This document shows positions 46,242 to 60,458 of a stretch of 64,000 nucleotides of DNA, in pieces (within the stretch, counting starts at the first letter, position 1; each line of letters starts with the position of its first letter). The position numbers and the translations under genes were made by a program. The notes under the pieces are model-generated. The model was not told the origin of the DNA and ran no database searches. It saw only the letters and a program-made list of their open reading frames with translations. This DNA comes from Dysidea avara (taxonomy: Eukaryota), in assembly GCF_963678975.1 (NCBI RefSeq), contig NC_089278.1, positions 6,740,531-6,804,530 of the forward strand, in the 5' to 3' direction.

Positions 46242-49200
46242 ATGGCGCCACTACCAAAAGACGTGATCGCTGGACTGAAGGGTCAGCCATTCTGGCCATT
46301 GTTCACTGGTCGTCTGAGAGTAAGGCACTTCTCTTGTGCAGAACAAGTGTTGACATTATTGTCTGCAGGAATACAGTCATCAGTCAAGTTACCGAGTGAC
46401 AGAGTATGCCACTGTGTGATAGTGTGATTGTTCCTAGTTACGTGTGCTGTGCAATACCTGTATTAGGGAAAGGATTGTTGGTAATATGTTTGTTGTACCA
46501 GCTGAATGTATGCTATTGGGTATCCAGAACTTGTGCAATATCCAATTAACATGCCAATGAAAATATCTTAAAATCTGATATTCGAAGGATAGGAATAGTT
46601 GCATGCAAAATAATGTATTAGGTATGGGGTCTTAGTTATTGATTCCAAAAATAACTTTCTAAGTTGGGGGGGGGGGGGGGGTATTCAATGGGAACATTTC
46701 TGTATTGGGGGTTACAAGTAGCTTTATCATATTGGTGGCATTGTGATGAGGCTGACATGTCACGTATCCTTGTCTATGGTGTTCATGTATTTTACGTAGT
46801 CTGAGACACAAACTACCCACCAAGCCGCTACGAAATGAATTATTTTTGAGGACGATGCAGAAGAATAACATCATATCTGACGGTGATTCAGCTGGTCGAC
46901 TGTACGAACTATTGACAGACAACAAACCAGGCAAGCCATAGTAAGGTAGTGACCACCCTGATGTGTTGTGTGCAGTAGCTGTGTCAGTAGAAGACCTAGA
47001 GTCATTTTATGAGTCATGGAGAAGTGTGACAGACGATAACCAGAGCACAGATTTGCATACAGAACTTCTACAGATGGAGATCATGGGCTTCAAACATTCA
47101 GAGGTGTGTCACAGAGTTTATCACATTGTATTGTTTTAACGTATTATCAACAGAAAGTACTCGCTACTGTGACATCGTCGCAACTCAAGACTTCCTTTGG
47201 ATCAGGTCATGTGATCCTGACAACTTGCAGGTGTGACATCATCTCCGCTACAGTGTGTCTGTGACATACTGTGTTCAAATATGTAAAGTATTGTAGCACT
47301 TCAACTATTCTGTAAATATTTTGTTACCTCTAACTTATATGTCTCTTTACTACTATACTTTTGTCAGATTATTACTGCGGAACAGTTTGAAGATTTCCAC
47401 AATCTGTGACCTCACTAGTAACGTAAAAGTTGAAAGACACGAAGACATCAACGTTTTGGGGGTTGGACAGCCAATGATCACATTTGGGACAGAGGCAGGT
47501 ACATCATCAACATCAAGTATAAAGTCGCAAGCATCATCAATTACGAAGTCGCAAGCAATATCAAGTATGAAGTCACAGGTTGTATTAGTGTTATAAGCTA
47601 ACTTGTTAACAGGTACCAGACATCATCTGTCAGCTCCACGTTTTCCTAGAGCCACCATGCAGGCGTATTAAGCAGCCATACATTCTCTTCTATAATAAGT
47701 CCACCAGGGAAATATGGCTGAAGATGATCAAAGAAATGGAAACTGGTTTACTAATGGCTAAAAGTTAGCTAGCACTATTGATGGTATATAATGTCATTTG
47801 AGCTGTGTAGCAAAGAAAGATGCAAATATTATTCAACAAGCTGAGACGAACATCATCGTTCTTAATGCCATCCTAAATTCTAATCTTAACTGCAAAGATG
47901 TTGTGAAGAAGTCTCCCAACGTAAGCTAAGGTGTCAATAGGGTGGTGCTCATGTGTTGTTACTATAGAAATTACTATATTACTGCACTAAAGATGTGGCA
48001 TCAGGCTCTCAGCCTAATGTAGCCATAGAGAAGTCTCTGATTGTACGTATTAATCCTTCAATTAATTCAGACCTCTAAAGCCACTATCGAATGTTCACTG
48101 TATGTTCCACCAGGTGAGACAATATGGTATATCCATTGAGCTGCTAATTGTGTTGTGTGTGTAAATAATGGTAGTAGCACAGGAGGAAGATTGTGGCTTG
48201 GATTGGTGAACATTATCTGGAATACTATCCATTCCCATGTTAACAATGATATATTACAGGGTACAGGCTTGTTGAGGGTATATGACATGGATCACTACTA
48301 CCTGGAGAGTGACACTAAAATAACAGACTGTACTCAGAAGACAAGTACTCGACTGGTATATGATGTACAACTTGCAATTGTTGTGCTCATTAATTTTACT
48401 TTTTGTCAGTCTTCATTCCTTCTTGTCGACAACTTTGTGTGGGCAGGCTCTCTCAACCGAACCATATATATATACTGGACCCTGACACCAGCACAGGTGT
48501 GTGAATTTGTTTCAATTTGTTTCCACTCACCAGTATGAAAATATTTATGGTGTTTGTTTTGTAATGTGTGTGCCTGCACGTGGTAAATCAGCACTTAATT
48601 CTTGTATAGTGGTGTCGAAATTAAGCAATTTGGAAGATGATCCAAGTGTTCTTGCATTAGGAAAATTGGAACACCAAAAGTATGCAGAGATATTGTATTA
48701 CATGTTCTCATCATGTGTTTTACTCTCAGGGTGGTGTGGTCCCTTCTCATTCAAGGATTGCTGATCGCATGGAACCCATTGACAAGAGAAAGAGAATTAA
48801 CAGTTAGTAGAATAGTTAAAAGTGTATATTGTGTAGTACTAGAGCACATAACAGATAGCACTACCTGTCAGTAACTTACCCAAGAATCATCCGTTCATCT
48901 GTTATTCCATGGCTGTTCTGGAGGATCATCTGTGGATTGGTAAGTTAATGAGACAATGAGCACTTACTACAAGTTGTGCAGGCACCAACTTGGACATGAT
49001 GTTAGTGTTAAGGATTGAGAATGACAAGAAGTGGTCAGTAGTTAAGGAAGTCAGTGTTGGGAATACCGGCAAGAATGAGAGCCAAGTAAAGTGTGTGGCA
49101 GTCTCTAATAATGGACTGGTCAGTTGCCACACAGTGAAGCGTTGTGTCATTTGAGCCCCACCCCCCCCCCCCCCCCAGATTTGGTGCAGCACTAAAATAC

Positions 49201-49259
49201 CCAACCAGCTAACAGTGTTTGATGCTAAAACATTTGAGAAAAGATACACCTTTGAAAAC
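46242..49259 (+). pseudogene. Gene 2 copy of unit 3, C-terminally truncated. The X-type junction at 49259/49260 cuts the exon ..KTFEKRYTFEN and a stop follows immediately. The two terminal WD40 exons are missing.
   Basis: Comparison with 16833-17235. Confidence 0.5.
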
Positions 49260-51078
49260 CTGTGAAATCACACCAAAGAAAATCCTGTGGAAAACCTATA
49301 AATGTATTTCATAGGCTTTCCACACATTTTTCATTGGTGTGATTTCACAGGTTTTTCGTGGTTTGTACATACATATACAAACCCATGAGCTAACTCGTTT
49401 ATGGGTTTTTCATTGGTACATTATTTTACTCCATGCATTTCATAGGTATTTCATTACCCATGAAAAATACCAACTGCAACTTTCATGGGTATTTCAAGGT
49501 GATAATGGGAATTCCATGGTAATAGCATGGATATATTGTCCAGTAGTGTTCAGCCCCATTTCCTCAGTGTCTGTACCTTTTATTTTAATGCGCAATTATA
49601 GATCTGTGCATCATGCTCTTGAAACCTTCTTTCAACTGCATCTCGTGGCTTTCCCACAAGTGCTACATTGTACATACTTTTTTGGCAGCAGTCTCGGCTT
49701 GTTTGGTTGGGCAATCACACATGAAAGTAGTTATGTCATAGCATAGATATTGGCATGCCAGCTAGCATACCCAATATAGAAAACAGTCAAACTCTCCTTA
49801 TGGAATTGAAATCCATGTGGCCAGAATGGCAGTTGGTGGTTTAACCATCACAAGTGAGATTTCAATATCAATGTGTCCAATTGTTTTAATTTCTTTTGTT
49901 TAGTTGTTTTACGCTGTCTCAATGGACGCTATTGTTTTTTGTCCCCCTGTTGTGAAAAGCAGAAATCTAGTTCCACTAGTGGAATAATGCTAAAGTCTTT
50001 GCAGTGCCATGAAGTTTTACACTGTGCTATTGAAAGATGTTGCCACTACTTTAGGCACATTATTGTGGTGTCTGCATTTTGAAAACTTAGACTTGCTTTC
50101 TACACTACAGGGAGACAAAATATTGGAGACCAAGAATTCATAATATATAACTCTTGCTGAGACTAATAACATTCAACGATATCAAAAAAAAACCTCAAGA
50201 CCAACAAAACAAGCTTTCCCAAAGATTATCATGAAACACTGAACAATCATAGAAAGTGTTTTAAGGCCATCCAGATCAGAAGATACATGTAATTGTTGCC
50301 GATCACGTTTCCTTGCCTCTATATCTATGATCACATGAGCAACCTCATCTGTCTAGCTAGGGTTAAATTGTTGCCTCCCTCCATTATGAACCCTGTTCGT
50401 AATACTGCTAGACTCCTGAAAATAGAATGTATATAACTAATTTCCCTTGACGAGGTATAATGGCTCGAAAACTTAGAAGTTGCATGTCTCAAAAACACTG
50501 TTAATTAGACCTGTTTCCCCCATCTTCAGTCACATTGTATATGTGTTATACAGATGGGACAAGGATTGAGGTGACGGATGAACAACCTCTTGCTAGTACC
50601 ATGTCCACTGTTTTAACGGACATCGATGGTCGCAGGACATACTGTACTGGGCTACGATTCTACCAACCATTTACCGTGAAAGAAGTTTGTTAGTGTGACC
50701 AGGAGTGCATCGAATTCCATGGACAAGGTCCTTGTCCAAATCCTTTTGATTCGCTCCTGGTGTGACAGTGTGTATGGTGAAGTTTATGTGTTCTGTCTAT
50801 CCAGCATGAAAACCAAACCTTCGCACTTAATGCTTGTTCAAGAAAAGGTTAGTGCTTAGTACATATGTGGCTGTTATTCTGTATGTATATTGTTAATAGA
50901 TAGTCCTCCCAGTACGAAATTGGTGTACGTGCCAAGCTGTGCAGTGTTCCAATCATCCGTTCCTTGCTACAACCTCCAAAAAGAGCTCTTGTCATGGTGT
51001 GTGTTGACTGATTGGCTAGCCTAACCACATGTGTCATCTCATAGTTTACTGCATAATCTGGCACAGAAAGATGACCTG
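49260..51078. repeat. X-type junction segment of unit 4. It starts inside the MITE with only the 3' part present (49260-49548).
   Basis: Homology to 1949-3729. The junction shows the microhomology CCTTTGAAA(A)C. Confidence 0.6.
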
Positions 51079-54000
51079 AAGTTTTGGGATGTTCTGCAAA
51101 AATTTGTGAAGAAGCTGTTCTGGATACCGGTGCCTCCTCCAGGAAGACTATGCACCGTTAGTCATCTTGTGGTGTTTTGGTAGAAGAACTTTAGTAACCA
51201 TCATTGTACATGAACACCCAGTAGAATCTATCACAACAGTGAAAATCCGCCTGTTAAACAGGTCATAAGTACCACGCAAGGTGTCAATTTTTAATTCTCC
51301 AATTAGTTGGTTAGTTTTCCTTCTAATGGGACCAGTAGCACCAAAATAGAACCAACCTTGACAGGTACTTCTGTTTGATCTTGGAATTACTTGCTTAGAA
51401 TGTACCCTATGGTTATACAAATATATCCTTGTTTCAGACAATTTTACCAAGGCAGTGTGTTTATTTGTTTAAATGTACTCTTGCAGGAGTTCAGTGTTGG
51501 TGACTATTGTGGTAGTATATGTCCTCCCTTATCAGGTGAGTCTATCATAGTGTACATGGCAGAACATTTGAAGATTTTTCAGTTTTTGTTTTATTTCTCT
51601 GTGTTAATATGCATAATAATGGTCACCTTATAGCTGTGATTTTTAAAATTTTTTATTTTTTTATTTCTCAGTGTATTTTAGTGTGGATGTATAATATCTA
51701 TGTCCTTCTTAAATGATTTGGTGTGTGCACTATTAGTGACTGTTGTCACACTCTCCATCAAACAGAATATGTCAACCTTGATATCAGATTGAACTATCCC
51801 TTCCCTTCACTATCCATTGATTCTGTACTGGAAGTGGTTGGTGCTCTTCTAATGGAACAAAGAATAGTATTTGTGTCCACCAGTTATACTCTACTAACGT
51901 ACAACATGGAGGTGTGTTGGTGTATATATGGTGAGAACTAGGTCACATGTGTGTACCTCTTGTAGTGTTTCTTCCGCTTCATTTCACCATTCGAATGGCG
52001 CAGCACTTATGTCCTAGTGTTACCCAGTGAAATGATGGGTCTCCTTGATGCTCCGGGTAGTTTCCTGTATGGCTGTCACTCTGATTGCATCGATGAAGAG
52101 ATTTTGTCAACTGTAAATCCCTTCTTAGTTATTTTATTGGTCTCTTTACACCTGCCTTTCTAGGTGGAAGAGTTGGTGATAGTAAATCTGGACAATGATG
52201 AGGTTCAGCAGCTGAATTATGAGAGTAATTTGCCCAAAATGCCACAATCAGTTTGTGACAATTTCAAGCAAAGGTATGTACATCCCTAGTCTCATCAATA
52301 TACTTACTATCTCTTCACTCACAGCTACAAGAAGTTGAAGGTTTGGTATGAGCTGGAGGAGTCTGATCGTCCCATGCCATTACCGGCTGCCTCACTGGTA
52401 CAACACCGGCATGAATTTGAGCGTCATTATGACTCCTATCTCTTAGACAGTAAGCCTTACTCTTGTTGAGCACTAATTTAGAATTTGTGTAGTTTTTCTC
52501 AACATGATGGTTGAATTATTTGGTGAAGTTACTTATTATCTTTGTTCGGTAAGTTGTGTCATTGTGAGTATTGTTGACATGTGAACTGTTGTTGTTCAGG
52601 GTAACCTTAAGCTAATTCGCTATGAGGAGAGCCCAACATATCAGTCAGCATGCAAGGAGACAAAGGAGTTCTATAAACTGGTAGGTAATTGTCACTCTTA
52701 TTGATCTGACTAGTGCCATATATAGTAGAGGTTAGCTTATGGTATAGCATCATGTCTCTTGTTCCCCACTTTTTAGTGCATTGATTGGTCCCTACTTTGT
52801 TTTTTTTTAGATGTAGACTTTAAATAGAGTGGTTTGTTACTTATTTGTAGCAACTGTTTATCATAGGGTGAGTGCTTTATTGGGGTATCTCAATCTTGCA
52901 ATAGCTGCACGTTTGATGCTGAACACACAATGAATCACTAAAAGCTATATATAGTTCAGTGCTTGGCTTTTTGTAGCAAGCTAATCATTGCCACCTGCCT
53001 ACTATCATTTCATGCCATGAAAACTAAAAGAAAAGAGTATAAAGGTGCCATTGACTAATAAGGACCTGTCCCCAAATTTATGAAGTGACTGCAAGAGTGT
53101 TATATAGACATATAATTAGTATTGTGATGATGTAAAAATTGTGCTGGATAAGAACACTACGAGTATCAGGCTAGGATTTGAGGGAGGACCAAAACAAATA
53201 CTGGGATGTTCATTAAGGATTTGTGTGCGTGTGTGTGTGTGTGTGTATGTATCATTACTGTTACTTGAAAAACGTTATAAAGTGCTCACGGTCCAATGTC
53301 ACATAGATGTGGCTTGTTAGAATTAGTATTCAATTGTTTACAATAGAGAGTACTTGGATGCTAAAAATCCATAATCTTTCTGCCCTAATCACTGTTTTTA
53401 TTTTTTGTATGATGTATTATGGAATTCTGCAGGCATTATCTACCGACTTATTTTCACTTCTGCTGCAAAACCGCAATACCAAAACTACCCGAGATTCTTT
53501 TACACTAATCTCCGACAAGAAAAGACGGTATGATCGACATCATGTTGACAGTGAACATATACTGATCCCCATAGAGGCAAGAGAATGTTAGAGATGTGTG
53601 ACACAACAATAACTGATACAACAGCTGCAGCAACAACAGGAAGGCCCATTAAACAGAGGTAAGGGAAGCACTGTACTTCTTCTCTCTAATGGATGTGTCC
53701 TAGTTTTGTTTACAATATGAAACAGTACTGGTATTGGAAGCTCTTGGTACTGTATTTTAGTTCACATAACTATTAAAAAAATTAAAATTTTGTAGGGATC
53801 GATGATTATACATGCTACAAAATGTAAGGAAACAAGCTCAAAAATGATACGGCTAAAATGAGAAACGATCCATGCAATAAAAAGTAAGGAAACAAGATTA
53901 GATGACTAAGTACTCGCTAAAATGAGACACACTTTATATCTCTACTTTTGGCTAATTTGATGGTCTCATTTCAAGATGCTAGCTAAAAGTAGGCATTAAA

Positions 54001-57000
54001 GTGTGTCTCATTTTAGCATGTGGTCATCTAATCTTGTTTCCTTACTTTCTATTGCATGGATCGTTATCATTTCAGCTGGATCATTATTGAGCTTGTTTCC
54101 TTACTTTTTGTAGCATATATAATTATCATCAATCCCTACTTCCTTTTAATTTTAATTTTTTTTTAATAGCTAGTTAGTTACTTTTTTATGCCTAAGCAGC
54201 TAGCTATATTATACTCTTTGTTTTCCACATAGTATAAATATCACTTGAAGCAGCTATCTTTTACCTTCGTACGCAATAAGCACCTCTAAAATAGTTATCG
54301 TTTTGTCTTTTAAAGCTATTACAGCATAGATAATATATGATTACGGCAACTGTTAAAGGCTTCAGCTGCATTTCTAATGTCCTAAATGTTGATGATTTAA
54401 CAGTAAAACATCACTGGAGAGTCCACCATTAAGAGTGGAACCCTCGCATTTAGAAATCTGGATCCCGAGGTGAATCCACTCCTCAAAGGAATTTTTAGCT
54501 AGCTACCTCGCAAAAAATCTAAACTGGTAAGACTATAAAACGACTACCCAGCATTAATAAATGTTAAAGACAACTCCTTGACTACTATACCTGTTCACCC
54601 TCGTCTTACGCACATGTACAATCACGTGTTTGGGTTGTGGTGTGTACCACAACTATATTATCCTTTGAGAAGAACAAAGAAGCGAATTAGTGATGAAAGC
54701 AAACAGCATGGTGCAGTGGACAGAATGTAATTGGAACAACAGATTCGTGAATCCACCGTCATTACCTTGGTCGTCTGAAATTTCTGGAGCCGTACACCTA
54801 GTGCAACCGGGTCTTACAGCAGGCAGTCAGGCAGATGAAATCCAGGTGAATTTCGAAATTTTTAAAGCTTTGTTTAACCAAGGTACAGCATCATTACAGC
54901 AGTACTAATGTATTCCAGGTGGTTTTTTCGAGTAAAACTTAGTGCACGGCTGTTTTTTAACATGCAAACATTTACGAAGCCATATGATTTCTTAACAATC
55001 CCTACTTGTTAAGAACTATCGTACTTAATGATAGTAGCTGGCCCCTAATAGCAACCAGATCACAGCCTTGATTTGGTGATTTGGCGAAGGCCCAAAGGGC
55101 ATAAAAATCATGATTATATGAGTGAGATGAGCAAATGTATACTGGTATTTCCTTTAAAATTGTGTAAATACAGCAACTTTGTAGTTCTGTAATAAGCTCT
55201 AAAAATAGAATCCTGCACGTGCACGCTCACACACACAGACATACACACACACACTTCGTCCTATAAATATTTCATGAGGATTAAATCATCACTTTGAACT
55301 TTATCTGCTTCAAATAAAGGACCCATGGCCACTTAGTGATGTATATACGCCTGTAGAACAATGTAACACATTTCAAGGAGGGAGGGCTTTGAGTTGGGAA
55401 GTGTTGCATCATTTTACCAATACAAATCGTTCTAGACTCACAGCTCCAACCAGAATGTTTTTTGACTAATGTAGTCCCTTCTTCAGTGCTGACGAAGTGG
55501 ATGCTTCCCTCGTGCCTCCTTCTTTTAGTACTTTTCCCAGTGTGGTAGCCATTGTCACTGGTTTGTGGGGTTTCACACATGATACAAACAGTAAGGCTGG
55601 TTATTTTCTGGTTATGGCTCGTACTATTTCAAATATTGTACTACACATAATTCATCTCCTGAGAAGCTAGAAGAAAAGAACATTCCTTTTAAGCCAGTTG
55701 CCTCTTCTTGGTTAGGGAGGCCAACCACTGGAATTAATAACTTATATATTATGGCAAATTTGGTGTTCCACAATCTACAGAAGTAGTGTACTAACTGCAT
55801 TGGTTGCCTTCCACTTTGCATAGTAGCTGCGAGCTGTTCCTTGCTTGAAGTTACAGTAGCCACAGCTATTGATCTGTAGTGTAGGCTGTTTTTGGAGTGT
55901 GTACTACAGTATTTATAGCTACAAAACCAGCTGGTGTTAACAGAATGGTTGTTATCTCAACAGGTCAGAAGAACAAGACACACCAAAGGCTCCGTCGTCA
56001 CTTTCCAGACTTTATTCACAACAGCCACTTAACAGTCCTAAGGAATCTCCTGATACTTTGCACACGACTAAAAGAACATCTTCATTAAAGCAACCTATAC
56101 CACTACTGCCAGAGCAACCAAAACGTCTTTTGCCACATTCAACATCTGGGTCTGACCTGGAGACAGCAGCCGACAGTCTAGCAGCTTTATGCTCATGTGA
56201 TCCTAGCACTTATTGTAGAGTTAAACTGCCATTACTAAGGGATGAAGGTACTCATTGTCTCTTTGTTTCTTGAATACCTGTTAAATGTATAGTAGGCCTG
56301 GGTTGTGAGCAGCGTTTGATAATTGCAAGTCCATCCCTTAACATATGTAACAAAAATTTGAAGGCAGTCTTGTACAAGTTGTGTGTATTATTAGAGTATT
56401 TATGTATTCATTGCAAATGGTGAAGATACCAAATAAATATCTTGACATTGTTGTTGTTGTTGTTGTTGTTTGTTTTTAATGAGAATGGCTCAATACTTTT
56501 ACAACACATGTATATATTCCTACCATGCTAATAATTTGGCCACAACAGTCATGTGTTCATGAAAGCTTGTCTTGATGGTGTGTCACTTCATCCTTTTGTA
56601 GTTTCTCCAGAAGAAGTTTTTGCAGACTTAATCGCACAGTTGACAGAAGTAATAAAAGTGAGAACAGTTGTGAGGTGCACATTCTAGAGAAGCAAATCCA
56701 ACTGTATGTCTCATATTGCGGGTGAGGTTCAAATGGCCTACACCTTCATTTATACAGCCTCCTGTGGGGTACTAGTTTTGTGAATTTGCTAGTATTGACT
56801 CATGGCACCTGAATAGGTGGTTTAATGTTCCACCGGGTAGGCTTGACTGTGTATACATGAGCCGAAAGCTTTATGTGCGTAATACTGTGTATATGTGTGT
56901 AGTACACATATCATAGATGACAACATGTTAATGGTGATGTTTATTGTGTAATGTAGGAAAGTGCTACCACAAAAGGCAAGATGGCCCCAGCTCTCTACCT

Positions 57001-57050
57001 AAGAGCTTGTGTATATATTGCTACAGGACAGCATGACAAGGTGAGAAGAA
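50541..57050 (+). CDS. DENN-domain gene copy of unit 4 (multi-exon span, exons not listed individually). It keeps the uDENN exons, an uninterrupted exon at 51483-51531 and a 45-bp intron, so it appears intact.
   Basis: Exon-by-exon homology with unit 1. The DENN core ORF is at 51723..51941. Confidence 0.4.
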
Positions 57051-57901
57051 GATTAGCTGCTTTGTACATTTCTTGTGTGATTTAGGGATTTTATGACTTT
57101 GCTACATTGGATAAGCACAGTGTCCAATTGATGCCAAACCAAAGGTGTGTGTGCATGTGTGCACAAACTGTATAGCGGGTTTTTCTCGCGGACAAATTTA
57201 CTTGCGAAAATAAAATCATGCGACATTACTTAATCTCGCGAGGTGACAGATTTGCATCATTAAATTCCTCGAGCAAATTTATTACTCGTTGTAATAAGTG
57301 TTTACGTATAAGATGGAAAACAATGAAATTTTGTCATGTTAGCCGTGTTTCTTGTATCTATGCTTGTGTCCATGATGAATTTATGCAGGCACCTGAAATT
57401 CACAAGGAAACGGATAGGGCGGCCATGTTGGGTTTGCTGAAGAATGCGATCCCGGGATCGCTTAATTCAGGATTGATTTCCGGATTCCTGTAGAATGTGA
57501 TCCCATAACTATTTACTGAAGAATACAATCCCAAGAGTTTCCTGAAGAATATGATCCTGACGTAGGCATGCGTTCTGCACTTTTCGTGCATAAATTTTAA
57601 TTCATTATTTTCGATAGCTCCACCAAAATGCCCCAGACTTGCATTGATCCTTGTGTCCTACTTATATAACTACCATTTTAGCTAAAGCTATGGATAATTG
57701 ATAAAACACGATCATGAGATTTTACCCCCTTGATAAGTGTATATTTCTTTGATTTATAAATTGATGTTATTTGATTGGCTGAATGATGGAAATACATAAA
57801 AGTTACACAGTATATACATGTAGTTGCAATCTCTGATATGGTAGTCAAAGACTTAATTACAGTAGGTCATGGTAGAGGGTATCTTTTGGTGATATGACCA
57901 A

Positions 57902-58772
57902 TCATGCTATCATATATGTCCTTCCAAATCTCTCCCTCCACATAAATTCATCAAGATATTCCAGGAGATGGTCGTCACATGTTCCATGCATCCTCTTCAA
58001 CTTGGCTTTTGCTCTTGACCAGTAACTCTCTATATGCTGGGTATGAGTCCCTGTAATGGGATCAACAAAGTGAAGACTGTGGTTAACTGATGAATGGGTA
58101 TAGCCTACGAGACTAAGCTGCCCATTCATCTGAATGTACCACTGTCCCTGGATGCACGTATTGTTGTATGATAGGGAGAAGAGTAGCTGGATTTCTTTGA
58201 GCCACTAATTGCATGTATCCTGTTGCTGGACGAGTTGAAATATCACACCCATTGTCAGTTTGGAGATCTTCTTCCTCTATGGTTCAATGTATAAATACAG
58301 CAAATAATATACTGTCAATGATAAGTATCATAACAAAACCTAGCTTTTGGCTTACGTTTGTACAATGACTCTTCAACTTGCACAGTTCAACCTGGATAGT
58401 TGGTCTCTTAACAACTTTCAAGAACAGATATCTCTCAGAAAACTGCAGCAATCGATGATGGTATTCTGATTGATGCCAGTAGTTTTGATTATCTGCTTTT
58501 GTGAAGCATCTGGTGACCACAAAAAAAATAATGTGGAGCCAAATCCGGGAAGCTGGACTGTAATCCCCCTTTGTAGAATTGTACAGACAACAACATGGAC
58601 AGTATTTAAATTCCATACTATGGATTGTCATAGTATCCATGGATACTGCGGATACTCTGACAGAGGGTACCACGGATACTCTGACAGAGAGGGTACAACT
58701 CTTGTCCGACATGTTGGAATAAAAAAATAGCCCTAATATCACAGATGCTACCAGTGCTATGGAAGCCCACAA
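57902..58772 (-). pseudogene. Degenerate Merlin/IS1595-like transposase of unit 4.
   Basis: ORFs 57902..58129 and 58284..58772. Confidence 0.6.
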
Positions 58773-59135
58773 TTACTTGAAACATAGATGTATGGGGTGT
58801 CTATTATCTATGCTTGAAATATGAGTGATTGTTTCTATGGTAGCATCTCTGTTTCAGTTGAACGCCGCACCTGTGACATGGGACATACCGGTAGTCAGTC
58901 TAATTATAGTATCCTCCATATAAGGATCTTGAAAAATGGGTAACATTGGTAATAAATGTTCGTTACCATGGAAATCACATCCCTATAAATAGAATTAATT
59001 GAGCCAAAATATCAAGCGGGCCAGCCTCGTGGTGTTGGGAGCGAGTGTTTGTGTATCTCGGTGTTTTTGTGAGTCAGTGTGCGTGTGGTCGAGATTTTCA
59101 TGTGGCTGGTGTTCGAGTAGTTCATTACTGACGAC

Positions 59136-60458
59136 ATGGCTGAATCTATGAGTTTTTTACCATCAGGCAAGTCATCACATATGCCTCTGAGTGACTATCG
59201 ATTGCTGGAAGAAAAGCCTATGCAGCATCCGTTCCATTCTGAATTGATGAAAAAGTATAAGACTATAGTAAGCTTGGAAACTTTAGGTAGTATAAAGGAA
59301 TATAATCTTATACAAATGGCAGCGGAAGTAGGTATTAACATTCCCTCAGGTGATAATAATAAGGCAGCAGAAGAAATTTTACGGGAATGTATTCCTGGTC
59401 ATAGCTACAAAACAGGCTCTACTTTAAAGATCAAAGGAAGGTCTATCGGTGAACTCCAGCGATGTTACTGTGATCCATATAAGAACATGGGAGATGCTTC
59501 AGTCACTGATCAAAATGATTCAGATGTTGTATATGTAGAAGTCCATTCTGATACCTTTGTTCACACCGCGAGGAAGACAGTTCTTTTACTTTTTCATTAT
59601 ATACGCTTGCTTAAATGTTTCGGTGTTACGTGCCCAAAAGTGCATTCCTTTGTGTTCCCTTGCAAAGAAGTCGAACAATGTGCTGTCCAGGTAACAATGC
59701 AGTATGACTCTAGCAAGGTAGAATTTTGTTATTCTGTTAAGTGTCTACGACTATCAGACATAAGATCAGCATTACAAGGTGCCTATGAGCAAAACGAAGA
59801 AACACTCTCAAATACTGCTAGAACTATTTCTGACAACTACAATCATTATGCTGTTTATCTTACCCAGTTAGAAGTAAATGCCATTGCAGCAAATCAAGGT
59901 CATGAATACACAAATTGTCGACTAGCCAAATGCTATAATGGAATTTTGATAATGACTGATCGTTATTGTTTGAAAAAGCCACTGTATGGGTCATCAGAAA
60001 GCAGTCTGATGCTTTTATGTTGGATAACAAATTCATCCTTCATTCATTATACCAGAAAAGAGTTGGGCTTTTTTTCATATGAAAAATTACCTTATGGACC
60101 ATTAACTGACAACCAGACAAAATCCTGTTGTGCTGAGCTTGTGACAAAAATGGAAAATGTGTTTAATAGCCTTGAAAGTGCAGGTATTTGCCACTCTGAT
60201 GTGCGTCTGCCCAACATTTGTTTCAATGATACTTACACTCCAGTATTAATAGATTTTGACTTTTGCAAATTTAAAGCTAATAAAAGCGAAGATATTATGA
60301 AATTTGGTTCTGAACTATTGAGATTGTTTCCAGGGGAAGCTAATGATGAATTCATTAAACAACTTGCACAAGGTGACTTTAATCAAAGTCTCTTGGCTGG
60401 ATCAATCATCCAAAGAGGACGTATTACTATAGAGCAAGTGATTGGAGATCGTATGTAA
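59136..60458 (+). CDS. The 440-aa kinase-like ORF of unit 4, intact.
   Basis: From the ORF track. Confidence 0.5.
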   Translation: MAESMSFLPSGKSSHMPLSDYRLLEEKPMQHPFHSELMKKYKTIVSLETLGSIKEYNLIQMAAEVGINIPSGDNNKAAEEILRECIPGHSYKTGSTLKIKGRSIGELQRCYCDPYKNMGDASVTDQNDSDVVYVEVHSDTFVHTARKTVLLLFHYIRLLKCFGVTCPKVHSFVFPCKEVEQCAVQVTMQYDSSKVEFCYSVKCLRLSDIRSALQGAYEQNEETLSNTARTISDNYNHYAVYLTQLEVNAIAANQGHEYTNCRLAKCYNGILIMTDRYCLKKPLYGSSESSLMLLCWITNSSFIHYTRKELGFFSYEKLPYGPLTDNQTKSCCAELVTKMENVFNSLESAGICHSDVRLPNICFNDTYTPVLIDFDFCKFKANKSEDIMKFGSELLRLFPGEANDEFIKQLAQGDFNQSLLAGSIIQRGRITIEQVIGDRM

